Below are positions 38,640 to 49,278 of a DNA stretch of 64,000 nt, piece by piece (position 1 is the stretch's first letter; each line of letters opens with the position of its first letter). The translations under genes were made by a program, and so were the position numbers. The stretch lies in IMG/VR virus record IMGVR_UViG_3300042545_001134, positions 1 to 64,000 of that record, one strand, 5' to 3'. Under the pieces are notes generated by a model, which had not been told where the DNA came from, did not search any database, and worked only from the letters and a program-made list of their open reading frames with translations.

Positions 38640-39545
38640 TTAAAATCCAAAACTAATTTTTTCATTATCGAACTTCGAAAGTACTTCGGAATCGGGTAAT
38701 GCCCCGTTATATATTTTAACTGATTTCAACCAACCACCCCAATACTCAGCGCCATCCCATCTTCTCATCAATCTAATACCACTCTCATTACTACTTAAAG
38801 TTTGTCCTGTTACTTCTTGAGTTTCAGCAAGACCACCATTCACATAAAGTTTAAGGTTTGTACCATCAAAACTACCGACGATATGATACCACGCATTTAT
38901 GGTGTCGATTGAATATCCCGTATCTGTATAGTGCCAAGAACCATTGTAGAATGATGTTGCCAAATTGGCGTTATTTGGTGGACTAAATCCACTACAACCT
39001 AATACGTAGTTTATTCCATAAGAACCCCCTTGAAGGTACGATTCATTAACAATGGTAGGAGCGTCACCTGTATTGGTTCCCGTATAGTAATGCCACACTT
39101 CTACCGTCCAAGTTGGTAACAATGGAAGTGATGTTGGAGTACTGGCCCATTGGTCGGTACCGTTAAAACTTAAAAACGCCCCGATATATTCTGGTGAACC
39201 ATGTAGTGTGAATTCTTTATCACCAACTAAATCGGTCCAAGTTGTTCCTGTACCGGGATATGATAATGGGTCACCTGAGTCCAAGTGTAATAACAACGAC
39301 GTAGTTGATGTAATAGACCAATCAATCACATATGTAACATGTGTACCAAAATCATTTGTTCTTTTTGTAACCTGATATCCATATGTGTCAATTAAAATTA
39401 ACATCATGTCATCGTCCATATGTGAGGAATGAACTAAAATACTATATAGACCCTTATCACATGCGTCCACAACTAAGTCGTTTATGTAACTTAACGAACT
39501 TATCGTTAAATCACTATCTAAATTACTATCTGATGAAATATCCAT
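38640..39545 (-). CDS. LamG/concanavalin-like domain protein (putative tail/receptor-related)
   Basis: LHLDSGD..SYPGTG, WYHIVGSFDG..LYVNG. Confidence 0.75.
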   Translation of the reverse strand: MDISSDSNLDSDLTISSLSYINDLVVDACDKGLYSILVHSSHMDDDMMLILIDTYGYQVTKRTNDFGTHVTYVIDWSITSTTSLLLHLDSGDPLSYPGTGTTWTDLVGDKEFTLHGSPEYIGAFLSFNGTDQWASTPTSLPLLPTWTVEVWHYYTGTNTGDAPTIVNESYLQGGSYGINYVLGCSGFSPPNNANLATSFYNGSWHYTDTGYSIDTINAWYHIVGSFDGTNLKLYVNGGLAETQEVTGQTLSSNESGIRLMRRWDGAEYWGGWLKSVKIYNGALPDSEVLSKFDNEKISFGF

Positions 39546-39630
39546 TATATTCTGTTTTTATATAAATACCACTTAGTGGGTATGTGGATAAAGTCCAATA
39601 TAATAAAAAATTCATCCCGGCGTCGGAGTA

Positions 39631-39650
39631 CCGGCGTACGAGGTTCATTT
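39631..39650. repeat. 20-bp direct repeat, copy 2
   Basis: CCGGCGTACGAGGTTCATTT. Confidence 0.85.
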
Positions 39651-39659
39651 ACCAATGAA

Positions 39660-40931
39660 TTAATAGTTATTCGATAATTTAAGGTTGTCTTCGGCAATCA
39701 TAAGGTCCATATTATCGAAGGTTGTGGAACCTCCTTTTGAATGGGGTTTATTCTTATGGTTCCCATGGACTCTCTTTCCGTTGGTGGACTGCAATGGGGT
39801 AATAACCTCGGTTGTACCATCCAAACGATTAATAACACCTCCAGTCTCAATGCACTTGGCAATCTTATCCTTCTCTGTAAAGGTCCTAACACTATCGAGG
39901 GTATAAAAGAAATCAGATACAAAGGGAATCATATCGTTATATATGGTGTTGAACTTAACTATATGGAATTGTACAATGTTCCTATTGATATTGGCCCAAT
40001 TGGAATCTGATGGGTTGTAGTATGTAGAATCAATTCTGTGGTTCTCCAATTCAAGGTACTTGTTAACAAAATCTTGAATTGTATCTTTCTTTAGGACCGA
40101 GTTATATGAACGGTCCATATCTAACAGATACATGAATAGATTAAATGAAAAGGACTTGGTAATATCTGAACCTGTTTGATGTATCAGTTGAACACATATA
40201 CTCCACGTCTTGAGAGTATCCAAGAATTGTTTCTCGTTATATATAACCGAACTTTTAAATAGGTTGTTTAAGTTGGTATTGGTAATAGTACTTCCTTTGG
40301 ATTGGTGATATAATAAGAAGTGACTCATAAGTTCCAAATCCTTCATCCTTGGAAAGGTGACACCTTTAATGAGTTTGGTTGTCTCACTATAGGTATTACC
40401 CCATTTACGAATAAAATCAGATATAATACCATGACACGCGTTTCGTTTCTCTTGTTTGTTCCAACTCTCACCACTGTTAAGGTATGATGCAATATCATGT
40501 AAATCTAACTTGGTGGCGTTATTAATGATTACCACAGAAATGGGAATGTTAAAGAAGTCCCACACATCGTCAGGGACATCATTCCAGTTAACCTCATCAT
40601 GTAACTTCATAAGATAACGGGTTCTATTACCCCCATCTATTGAAACATATCTTACACCCTGATTATGTAGTTCAGAAAAGTATTGGTGGTCATAAGTACT
40701 CTTTGTGGTTTGTGCAAGAGTCATACAACCCTGAACATCCGCCATTACAATGTTACTTACATCTTTTCCTAATAATAGACACTCCCTATATTCGACCCCA
40801 TTACGTTTTGTCCACACTTGTCTTCGTTGAATCGATTCATCATAACAAATTTTCTTCCCTAATTGTAGAAAATTTTTAATACTCATGTCTTGTCTCATCT
40901 TACCAATTGGTATAGTTCTGTTTGTTTCCAT
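39660..40931 (-). CDS. DUF262 (ParB-like) + HNH protein, GmrSD-like
   Basis: IQRRQVW, IDGGNR, H..PHSKGGSTTFDN..EDN. Confidence 0.7.
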   Translation of the reverse strand: METNRTIPIGKMRQDMSIKNFLQLGKKICYDESIQRRQVWTKRNGVEYRECLLLGKDVSNIVMADVQGCMTLAQTTKSTYDHQYFSELHNQGVRYVSIDGGNRTRYLMKLHDEVNWNDVPDDVWDFFNIPISVVIINNATKLDLHDIASYLNSGESWNKQEKRNACHGIISDFIRKWGNTYSETTKLIKGVTFPRMKDLELMSHFLLYHQSKGSTITNTNLNNLFKSSVIYNEKQFLDTLKTWSICVQLIHQTGSDITKSFSFNLFMYLLDMDRSYNSVLKKDTIQDFVNKYLELENHRIDSTYYNPSDSNWANINRNIVQFHIVKFNTIYNDMIPFVSDFFYTLDSVRTFTEKDKIAKCIETGGVINRLDGTTEVITPLQSTNGKRVHGNHKNKPHSKGGSTTFDNMDLMIAEDNLKLSNNY

Positions 40932-40939
40932 ATATGGTT

Positions 40940-41230
40940 TATTAATTGTGGGACAAAAGTATGTATATTTTTGAATATTCCAAAAAATTCTGAAAATTTT
41001 TTTTTCACTATAGGGGGTGTTTCCCGATTTCCCAAAATTTTCTGGAAATTTCCGGAACGGGTTTCCCCTAAAAAGTCGATTTTTTGGATTTTTTCTGGAA
41101 AAATTTCAGTCACGGCATTGACCCCCCTTTTAGACATAGGTAAATACCCCTATATAAGGGGGGATACGGGAGGGAGGGGGGTATGGTTTAAGGGGAGGGG
41201 GTAGGTATATAACCATAGGGGGTGGTGCCA
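40940..41230. other. Divergent non-coding tract rich in homopolymer runs and a G-rich strand (candidate origin or genome terminus)
   Basis: Strand switch; TTTTCTGGAAA twice; GGGG runs 41150-41225. Confidence 0.45.
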
Positions 41231-41332
41231 ATCAATAATCAACCTGTGGACCTGGGTGGTGAAAATAAATTTGATATAATCGAAATATCTTTTTATCTTC
41301 GTATTGTCTACTAACCAATAGACCCAAACATT

Positions 41333-41605
41333 ATGATAAAGTCATTTGAATTTAGTTATTGTCTTGATGAGGTAGAGTTCATTGAGGGCAATGTAAACAT
41401 CACTATTGATGAGAGTGTGGAGATTGTAAACAAGTTAATGAAGTCCGATGAGATATATGTCGGAGAAAGAACAAGGGGGAGTGTAACCTTTGATGAGAAC
41501 ATTCAACCTATCGTTTACGATGTCAACTATGAGTATTGTAGTGAAGTCGGAGAGGATTGGGATGAGGATAAGTGGGAGGTGTTAAGTGTTCAAGTTCAAC
41601 TATAA
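41333..41605 (+). CDS. Small acidic hypothetical protein
   Basis: Own promoter and terminator. Confidence 0.7.
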   Translation: MIKSFEFSYCLDEVEFIEGNVNITIDESVEIVNKLMKSDEIYVGERTRGSVTFDENIQPIVYDVNYEYCSEVGEDWDEDKWEVLSVQVQL

Positions 41606-41812
41606 CCAAAGGGGGTACGAAAGTATCCCTTTTTTTTTGACCACAGATTTACCATCGGGATTCAAATGTAATTTTGATTGGCACCGACCTTTACCTTACT
41701 ACCAATGTTTATGTTGCCAAACAAGTTTAGCGAACCAACATCTGTTCCCGACATCTTCCCCTTTGCCAAACAAATTATTTCTCCGAAGGTCAGGGTTCGG
41801 GTTCAAAAAAAA

Positions 41813-41833
41813 TGTTGATAACTATGTGGATAA
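41813..41833. promoter_or_regulatory. Tandem DnaA-box-like 9-mers
   Basis: TGTTGATAA (41813) and perfect TGTGGATAA (41825). Confidence 0.45.
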
Positions 41834-41928
41834 CTAAACGAAAAAAAATATAAAAAAAATACTTTTTTATTTGGTACTAATCAATTTTTGACTATATTTG
41901 TGTACCAAACAATTAAAAAACATCAGTT

Positions 41929-42453
41929 ATGACAAAAGAAACAATCAACATCACAAAAAACGAGTTAATCACTTTATTAAGTGAAATTGACAAACCAACT
42001 TTTACTAATGTAGTAATGGAAACAATGGTACGAATGAACAAGACCAATAACCCATACTATAACAAAGTAGTAAAAAGAAGTAAGTGTAACTATTCGTTAG
42101 GGGTAAACTACGAAAATCGTGTGAACAACAACTACGAAAAAGAGGGTATTGAAAATACCTTTGAAACTGAAAAACCAAGTGGCAAAACCCACATTTCAAA
42201 ATGTCTTTTAGTTAGTGACAAAGACAATTCAGTTCACTATGTAATGTTGGAACGATTTGACGAAATCAAACCTACAAACGAATTTATCTTTGAGGGTAAC
42301 GAAATTGACAAACAACTTTTTCAAGATTTTATGGTAAAGTACACCGAGAGTGTTAAACAAGAACAAGAGAGAAAAGTATCAGTTATCACACCGAAAATTG
42401 AGAACATCAAAGAAATCTCACTCAACGGAATGAAGTACATCATTGGGGAGTAA
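41929..42453 (+). CDS. Hypothetical protein
   Basis: ORF with TATATTTG promoter. Confidence 0.8.
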   Translation: MTKETINITKNELITLLSEIDKPTFTNVVMETMVRMNKTNNPYYNKVVKRSKCNYSLGVNYENRVNNNYEKEGIENTFETEKPSGKTHISKCLLVSDKDNSVHYVMLERFDEIKPTNEFIFEGNEIDKQLFQDFMVKYTESVKQEQERKVSVITPKIENIKEISLNGMKYIIGE

Positions 42454-42683
42454 GTTCCCCAACTATGAAAACCGAAGTCCCCACTTGAAAAAGTGGGGAT
42501 TTTTTTTGTCCGAAGAATTTTTCGGGACTCGTGGATTTTGAACTTTGTTTGGCATCGTATTACACGGGGGAGGAAGACGGATTCTGAAATTTGATTGGCA
42601 ACAATGGTATAGATAATTGTATTACATATACTACCCCTGCCAACCAATATTCCGGATGGAGACTCGTCTGAGTGAAAAATAAA

Positions 42684-42715
42684 TTTGGAGTATAAGAAAA
42701 TTTGTTTTATATTTG
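42684..42715 (+). promoter_or_regulatory. Example Bacteroidota sigma70 promoter; similar ones precede most cassettes at 41-59 kb
   Basis: TTTG-N20-TATATTTG. Confidence 0.85.
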
Positions 42716-42738
42716 TATAACCAATAAAAATAAAAGTT

Positions 42739-42954
42739 ATGAAAGTTATCAATTCTCGTATTACGGAACAACCCAAAAGTTTCTTTGACCCGATACCACA
42801 AGTATTCGTTACTATGGAGAATGGAGAAGAACAATTCCTATTTGATTATTATCCCGATGAGATTAGTTTCACACCTAATGAGTTCGTGGGATTAACACTT
42901 GATGAGTGTAGACACTTGAAGTTTATCAAAGACAAGAAGTATCTAACAAGTTAG
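42739..42954 (+). CDS. Hypothetical protein
   Basis: LFDYYPDEISF..EFVGLT. Confidence 0.75.
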   Translation: MKVINSRITEQPKSFFDPIPQVFVTMENGEEQFLFDYYPDEISFTPNEFVGLTLDECRHLKFIKDKKYLTS

Positions 42955-43245
42955 TGTATGAGTAAGTCATCATATAAAGAAAGATTCAAGAGTTTGGGGG
43001 TACTGATTTTGGTATCCCCTTTTTTGATTTATTATTATCTAAGGTTTTTCCTGACGGGGAGATGGTGAACCTTCCCCGATTTTGGTCGGCAATCGTATTA
43101 CATATGGTGTGGTGCCAATCAAATTTCCGGATGGACGGAGATGAGTGGGGTGGTCAAAATAAATTAAAAATAATTGAAAATAAATTTGGTTTATTAAAAT
43201 ATAATGATTACATTTGAATATGTTAAACACTAAAACTATATTATT

Positions 43246-43653
43246 ATGTCATTAGAATTCAATCCAAGAGCACAAGACCATAAGTTTTATGGTACAACTA
43301 TCGGTCAATTTACCGAAGAAGAAAAAGAACTATTCCAAGTTGACCTTATGATGTCAATGGGTTTTTCAATGGTACACCTCTCAAACAAAGATGATGGGGA
43401 GATGAAAGACGAACTGAACAAATTGGGAATGTTAAGGACACACCTTTGTATTCAACTTTTAGAAATCCCCGAAGTGTTATGTAAGATTATGGGGTTTGAA
43501 AAAACACACGAGATGATTGAGGAAAGTAAGTATGGGTTTTCGAGTTTCTTAAAATCCCAAGATGAGAACACGAAAGAACACATGGAAGAAATTGAGGAAT
43601 TAGTTAGTAACCTCAAACGAGATGTTATGATGAGTAACATATCGATGAACTAA
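43246..43653 (+). CDS. Hypothetical protein
   Basis: Cassette ORF. Confidence 0.75.
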   Translation: MSLEFNPRAQDHKFYGTTIGQFTEEEKELFQVDLMMSMGFSMVHLSNKDDGEMKDELNKLGMLRTHLCIQLLEIPEVLCKIMGFEKTHEMIEESKYGFSSFLKSQDENTKEHMEEIEELVSNLKRDVMMSNISMN

Positions 43654-43671
43654 AAGATGTTTGTTTCGAAA

Positions 43672-43701
43672 AGACCTCCACAGAAATGTGGGGGTTTTTT
43701 T
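43672..43701 (+). terminator. Terminator of the CAGAAATG-loop family (also ~47138, ~50073, ~53340)
   Basis: ACCTCCACAGAAATGTGGGGGTTTTTT. Confidence 0.8.
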
Positions 43702-43899
43702 ATGTCCACAGAATTTGGGTTCAGGGACCTGGTGAGAATTTGATTGGCAACGTATTACATGTAGTAGTGGTTCACTGGTGTGCCAATCAAAATGTTTCCG
43801 ACGCCACGGGGTGAGTGAAAATATGTTGAAATTATTTTTTCTTAATGTTGTGTATAATGATATGTGTTGTATATTTGGGTATAATTAAAAACAAACAAA

Positions 43900-44517
43900 A
43901 TGAAAAAGGAGAACATCGCACAAGGAGTAGTGGTCGGAACTATCGTTATTCTTTCACTTTTACTATCAAGTTGTGAAACACAACATTGGAAGTTTGATGA
44001 GGGAATGAAGTTCGGTACGAGTTTGACTATTAAGAACAACACCTATGGAGTGAATGACTTTAAGGTTGGTGAAGTTGGAACGTATGTCGTATCATCGGGT
44101 AGTATTGATTATGGTCGTAACATTGGAAGTACGTGGTATTTCAACGAGTACGAACCTTCTATTACTAACGGAACATATAGTGGTGAGTTACTTACGAAGT
44201 TGTACCAAGATAGTATCGGTACTATTACTTTCAACGAAAACGGAAGTGGAACACTCAACATTACCAATCAGGACACCCTGACGACAGCGGTGAAGTTTGT
44301 TTGGCAAGTTCTTAAAGAAACCAACAACGGAACTTACTTATCTATGGAGTTTGAGAACATACCAATTAAAACGTATGTAACCGAAGAACCTTTGTTTGTG
44401 TTTGGTTATGAAAAGGTGGGAGAGAAGTTGTGGAAGTATGAAACCACAATGGACACTTATAGTGGTAGGTGGAAATGGATAGGTAACAAGTTGTTAAATG
44501 ATGAAGGGGGTAATTAA
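43900..44517 (+). CDS. Lipoprotein
   Basis: Lipobox LLSSC. Confidence 0.75.
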   Translation: MKKENIAQGVVVGTIVILSLLLSSCETQHWKFDEGMKFGTSLTIKNNTYGVNDFKVGEVGTYVVSSGSIDYGRNIGSTWYFNEYEPSITNGTYSGELLTKLYQDSIGTITFNENGSGTLNITNQDTLTTAVKFVWQVLKETNNGTYLSMEFENIPIKTYVTEEPLFVFGYEKVGEKLWKYETTMDTYSGRWKWIGNKLLNDEGGN

Positions 44518-44724
44518 CCCCCTTTTTTTATGTCCACAGAATTTACATCCCCGGTCTTCTGGAAATTGGTTGGCAACCAATTTGTTGACACCAACAATAT
44601 GGTCTGTTGCCAATCAAAATGTTTCCGACGCTGCTGTCTGAGTTGGGTGGATAAAAATAAATGAAAATAAATTTGGTTTATAAAAGAATTTGTTTTATAT
44701 TTGTATAAACAAACACGAAAAACT

Positions 44725-45051
44725 ATGGACTTACAAGTATTAAAACCTCTTTGTCAAAGAGAGTTCGACCCAAACGAAACTTTAAAAGTTTTAAAACACA
44801 ATCCAACAATCTTTTGGACTTGGGGAGTTAGTAAAATGGCTAATGTAGAAGACAAAGGTTTACTGATGAAAGTAAACGGACACCACCACAAGGGGTATGT
44901 TTTTATTACATTGGCGTTTGATGACACCTATTCAGTACATATTATTTCCACACATGGAAATATTAAACAAACCTTTGATATGGTTTACTTTGATGTCTTA
45001 ACGGAAATCATCGACAACCGAATCGAAAGAATTAAAAATTATTCGTTTTAG
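44725..45051 (+). CDS. Hypothetical protein
   Basis: FWTWG..VNGHHHKG. Confidence 0.75.
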   Translation: MDLQVLKPLCQREFDPNETLKVLKHNPTIFWTWGVSKMANVEDKGLLMKVNGHHHKGYVFITLAFDDTYSVHIISTHGNIKQTFDMVYFDVLTEIIDNRIERIKNYSF

Positions 45052-45457
45052 TTGTCATTGGTATTTAGGAACTATTAAAGACAACTAATCGAAGGGGGTG
45101 AGAAATCATCCCCTTTTTTTGTGCTCAATTGGCACTGTATTTCAGGAACTGTACTGGTCCCGACAGGTGTGAATTTGATTGGCAGAACGGAAACCCTTGT
45201 AAATAAAGGAAGTATTACATCTGGGCGCTGCGCTGGTAAACCAGCACGTGCTGCTGTTCTGAGCTCAGTGAATTTGATTGGCACTGTATTACAGATAATA
45301 AGTAAACATTTTTGCTTACAAAACTTGCCAATCAATATTCCGGATGGAGCCACGGTTCGTATCCCCATAAAAATATTTTAAAAATAAATGTAAATAAATT
45401 TGGATATTAAAAAATATGTTGTATATTCGTATAATCAAACAATAAAAATATATAACT

Positions 45458-45751
45458 ATGATTAATGTAATTTTAGACACACGACCTAATGTGTACGGAT
45501 TCGGACACGATTGGTTCTTGAATGTAGAGACGAACTCTTGTTCAAAACAATTCAGACTTGGACAAGATGTTAAAGTTTGTTCACGACTTTTAGGAATGAC
45601 ACCTAAAGAAGTTACAACCGAAATTGGAAGTAACGACTTACGAAGAAAAACTACTCGTAAGAAACTTGGGGAGTATATTCTATACAAGATTGGTATTTGT
45701 TACGAAGAAGAAATTGAAACTTTACAACCTTGGGAACTTTCAGTTGATTAA
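45458..45751 (+). CDS. Hypothetical protein
   Basis: Cassette ORF. Confidence 0.75.
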   Translation: MINVILDTRPNVYGFGHDWFLNVETNSCSKQFRLGQDVKVCSRLLGMTPKEVTTEIGSNDLRRKTTRKKLGEYILYKIGICYEEEIETLQPWELSVD

Positions 45752-46045
45752 GACCTTTCATTTTTGTTTAACCCTCGGACTTAATTGTTCGGGGGTTTTT
45801 TTATGTCTGAAGAACTTGAGTCAGGGGCCCGGGTGAGAATTTGATTGGCAACAAATCTTGCCGAACAAGTTTCACAGTGGGCCCTGAACTGAGATGGAAA
45901 CTTCTTGATGTTGCCAATCAATATTCCGGATGGTGCATGGTGAAGTATCCTTCAGAAAAATAATTTGAAAATAAATGAAAATAAATTTGGAATATCCAAC
46001 TATTCATATTATATTTGTGTATTGTTAATCACTAATACTATTATT

Positions 46046-46249
46046 ATGTCAGAAAAACTGAAAATTCAAAGTTCAATCGTACCAACTGAAAGACCATCTT
46101 TCAACGAATGGGTACAAGAAAAAAATGTATCGGGTTTGTATCTTGAACCAACGGAGTACTATCGAGGTAATTCTACCACAATAGGAATGATGTACCTTAA
46201 AAAAGAAGAAACCCCATTATCTAAATTTATTAAATTCTTTTCAATATGA
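46046..46249 (+). CDS. Hypothetical protein
   Basis: Start MSEK at 46046; ERPSFNEW motif. Confidence 0.65.
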   Translation: MSEKLKIQSSIVPTERPSFNEWVQEKNVSGLYLEPTEYYRGNSTTIGMMYLKKEETPLSKFIKFFSI

Positions 46250-46482
46250 TGAGTAACGAATTAATCGGAAAAAGAATCAAACTTATTACAATGTTTGATG
46301 ACCCACACCCAATCGAAAGTGGAAGTATGGGAACAATTTCTCACGTCGGTGGTGATGTGATGAATGTAACTTGGGACAACGGGAGAAGTCTTGGTGTAGT
46401 AATCGGAGTAGACAAGTACGAAATACTTGAAGACACTGACCTACCACCCCACAATTTTCTTGTCTTTTCGGGAAATATCTGA
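46246..46482 (+). CDS. DUF4314-like protein
   Basis: MFDDPHPI..GTISHV..VTWDNGRSLGV. Confidence 0.75.
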   Translation: MMSNELIGKRIKLITMFDDPHPIESGSMGTISHVGGDVMNVTWDNGRSLGVVIGVDKYEILEDTDLPPHNFLVFSGNI

Positions 46483-46591
46483 GGGACAGCACACGGGTGG
46501 AATTTGATTGGCAACAAAATAAAGTTTCACCCATTGTATATCCCAAAAATTAATCGTATATTTGTACCACAATTTAAAACCCTATATAGAG

Positions 46592-46915
46592 ATGTTAATT
46601 AAACTAACGTATTACGGAACAGGTAAACCAACTTTGGTGAACCTTGAAAGTGTAGAAACAATGTACCAAGTGATAGACAAGAATAGAACTCGTTTATCTA
46701 CAAAGGTGTCATTTAAAGGTGGTAACTATATCAACGTAGAGGAAGAACTGCAGGAAATTTTAAAACACCAATCGAATCTGATGAAAGGCATCGACCAAGA
46801 TTTTGATTGGCAAAGTCCAACAATAGACGATATGTTAGAACTTGATTACAATCGTCAACAAACACATCCTAAACGTGATTGGACACGTAACGAAAGAGTT
46901 ATTAATAACTATTAA
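46592..46915 (+). CDS. Hypothetical protein
   Basis: Start MLIK at 46592. Confidence 0.7.
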   Translation: MLIKLTYYGTGKPTLVNLESVETMYQVIDKNRTRLSTKVSFKGGNYINVEEELQEILKHQSNLMKGIDQDFDWQSPTIDDMLELDYNRQQTHPKRDWTRNERVINNY

Positions 46916-47401
46916 AATAAACGACTATGATTAGTATGTTAAAAGAATTCTACACTTTGAGTAAAGAAGTGTATTACACAGATAGGAAAGAATTTTGGGA
47001 ATCCATATTAGGTATGGTACTCATAGTGGGAATGTTCTTGGTAACGTTCTACGTACTCATCCCTATCTTCACGGAAGGCCCGTCATATCTTGATTAATCA
47101 TTGTTTGGTTCATATTGATTAGTGTTTGGTTAGTAAGAAATCCCTCATCAGAAATGGTGGGGGTTTTTTCTGCTCTGAAGTTTCTTTCCCACTGCGGTCC
47201 GCATGCGGGACCAGGTCCAATTTTGGTTGGCAGTGTATGACATATAAAGGGTGTATTACACTTAGGGTTGCCAATCAAATTCAGGGATTAGCATGACGGT
47301 GAGCAACTCCTCAAGAAAAAATAAATTTAAAATAATTGAAAATAAATTTGGATTATACTTAAAACTGTTTTATCTTTGTGTAACAATTAAAAAATAATCA
47401 A

Positions 47402-48259
47402 ATGACAGAACAAACAAATCGTGTTCAAGATGTACTGAATCAGACAGGCTTGAATTGGACAGTTAGAGAAGAATCTCTTACAACTGAAAGTGGTATCATT
47501 ATCCCACAACAAAAGGCAATCATCCGTGATGATACGAACACGGTATTGTCAGTTCACGGTGAGGGTTATTACCCTTATCAAAATCATCAACTAATTGAGT
47601 TACTTGATAAGGTATCTCAACAAGTAGGTTTACCTATTCACAAAGGTGGTATGTTTGGTGATGGTAAGAAAGTGTTTATCCAATTAAAGTCTAATGACCT
47701 TAAGCTGGGAACAGACAGAGTAGAGGGTTTCATTACTGGTGTTAATTCATTCGATGGTTCAACATCATTGGCATTCGGACCCAGTAACATTACTATCTCT
47801 TGTCAAAACACATTCTTCGCAGCGTTCCGTAACATGGACACTAAAGTTCGCCACACTAAAAACATGGTGATGAGAGTAGATGAAATCTGCCGTGGTTTGG
47901 AAAGAGTTATTGAAGAAGAAGCTGTGATGTTTGAAGATATCAAACAAATGGCGGACACTAAAATGACAAAGGAAAACCAAGAGTGGGTATCTCGTGTATT
48001 GTTTAATATCGAAAGAGAAGTAAACCTTAACGATGAGAAGTCGTTGTCAACTGTTACTCGTAACAAACTATCTCGTTTTGAAATTGACCTTAATGGTGAA
48101 TTGAAAGATAAAGGTGATAGTCTTTGGGGTTTGTTTAGTGGTGTAACAAAATACACAACTCACTCAATGATTAAAGGTGATAATAGTGAGAACAAAATGT
48201 TTGGTGTTTACGGACAAAGAGAACGAAACATTTTCAAACAACTTGTAGAGTTGGTGTAA
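47402..48259 (+). CDS. DUF932/DUF945 phage-plasmid protein
   Basis: GLNWTV, NSFDGST, CQNTF, LWGLFSGVT.Y..H. Confidence 0.85.
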   Translation: MTEQTNRVQDVLNQTGLNWTVREESLTTESGIIIPQQKAIIRDDTNTVLSVHGEGYYPYQNHQLIELLDKVSQQVGLPIHKGGMFGDGKKVFIQLKSNDLKLGTDRVEGFITGVNSFDGSTSLAFGPSNITISCQNTFFAAFRNMDTKVRHTKNMVMRVDEICRGLERVIEEEAVMFEDIKQMADTKMTKENQEWVSRVLFNIEREVNLNDEKSLSTVTRNKLSRFEIDLNGELKDKGDSLWGLFSGVTKYTTHSMIKGDNSENKMFGVYGQRERNIFKQLVELV

Positions 48260-48452
48260 TACGATAAATTTATTTTTTTCTAATCTAAAACCCCGTTGTC
48301 GTGAGATAGTCGGGGTTTTTTTATGCGCTGAAGTGTGCAGTGGAGCCGCACAGTTGCAGCTCAGAATTTGTTTGGCATAAAAAAATATAAAATAAATTTG
48401 GTATAATAAAATAATTGTTTTATCTTTGTATAATAATCAAAACACAAACACT

Positions 48453-48674
48453 ATGATAAAATCTATTGATGAAAAAAAGAGAGGTAAGGTAGAGATTGAC
48501 CTTACCGGTCCTGACGGAAACGCATTTGTACTATTAGGTCTTGCGAGTAAATGGTCTAAACAAGTTGGTTTAGATTCTAAAAAGATTCACGATGAAATGA
48601 CAAGTGGAGATTATGAGAACTTAGTCGACACTCTCGAAAAGTATTTCGGAGATTATATTATCCTTTATCGTTAA
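48453..48674 (+). CDS. Hypothetical protein
   Basis: IDLTGPDGNAF..SGDYENL. Confidence 0.75.
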   Translation: MIKSIDEKKRGKVEIDLTGPDGNAFVLLGLASKWSKQVGLDSKKIHDEMTSGDYENLVDTLEKYFGDYIILYR

Positions 48675-48690
48675 TAACATAATAAAATAT

Positions 48691-48927
48691 ATGGAAAAAG
48701 AAATCATTTTAGAGCAGTTAGAAAAAATAACAAAAAACAAATGTGGTGGTTGGGAATTGAGATATTTTCATCACACCCTCTACGACACAATCAATAATAG
48801 TATATTAAAAGTATTGGAGGAAATAACAAGTAGTGATGACTTTGAGAAAAAATTAGAAGAAAAGATGATTGAATGTACGTTGAAAAAAATAAAGTTGTCG
48901 TCAATCTACGAAAAACTAAACCAATAG
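48691..48927 (+). CDS. Hypothetical protein
   Basis: ORF track. Confidence 0.65.
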   Translation: MEKEIILEQLEKITKNKCGGWELRYFHHTLYDTINNSILKVLEEITSSDDFEKKLEEKMIECTLKKIKLSSIYEKLNQ

Positions 48928-48933
48928 GTTAAG

Positions 48934-48960
48934 AACCCCGAATAACATCGGGGTTTTTTT
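48934..48960 (+). terminator. Terminator, near-identical to 49533-49558
   Basis: ACCCCGA(A/G)TAACATCGGGGTTTTTT. Confidence 0.8.
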
Positions 48961-49013
48961 ATGCCAACTGTGCACTGTACCTGCACAGGTGACAGGGGTG
49001 ATTTTGTTTGGCA

Positions 49014-49217
49014 TTACATATCATCTAAGAACCTATCACTATATTCCTTTTCATCATCTTTTATTTCTTTGTGTAACCTATACATGTAATAGATAACAAA
49101 GACAAACAACTCAACCCATATCGTATATAATATTCCTTCTACCATGTGTAATAAATATGCCAACCAAAATCGGGAGTCGGACGACAGGTGGTCATCTCCG
49201 TAAAAGATTTTGGTCAT
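49014..49217 (-). CDS. Possible small membrane protein, counter-oriented in the block
   Basis: ORF track only. Confidence 0.35.
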   Translation of the reverse strand: MTKIFYGDDHLSSDSRFWLAYLLHMVEGILYTIWVELFVFVIYYMYRLHKEIKDDEKEYSDRFLDDM

Positions 49218-49278
49218 TCACAAATAAATTTGGTAAAAAGAAAAAATTATTATATCTTTACATTCTAAATTAAAAATT

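Noticed and set aside
40890-41204. ORFs on both strands across the strand-switch tract
   Set aside because: Low-complexity sequence with no promoter or RBS context; treated as non-coding
45075-45381. ORFs on both strands over the 45.1-45.4-kb gap (likewise 53368-53550 and 59022-59207)
   Set aside because: They translate the repeat modules; both strands are open only because the DNA is GC-richer
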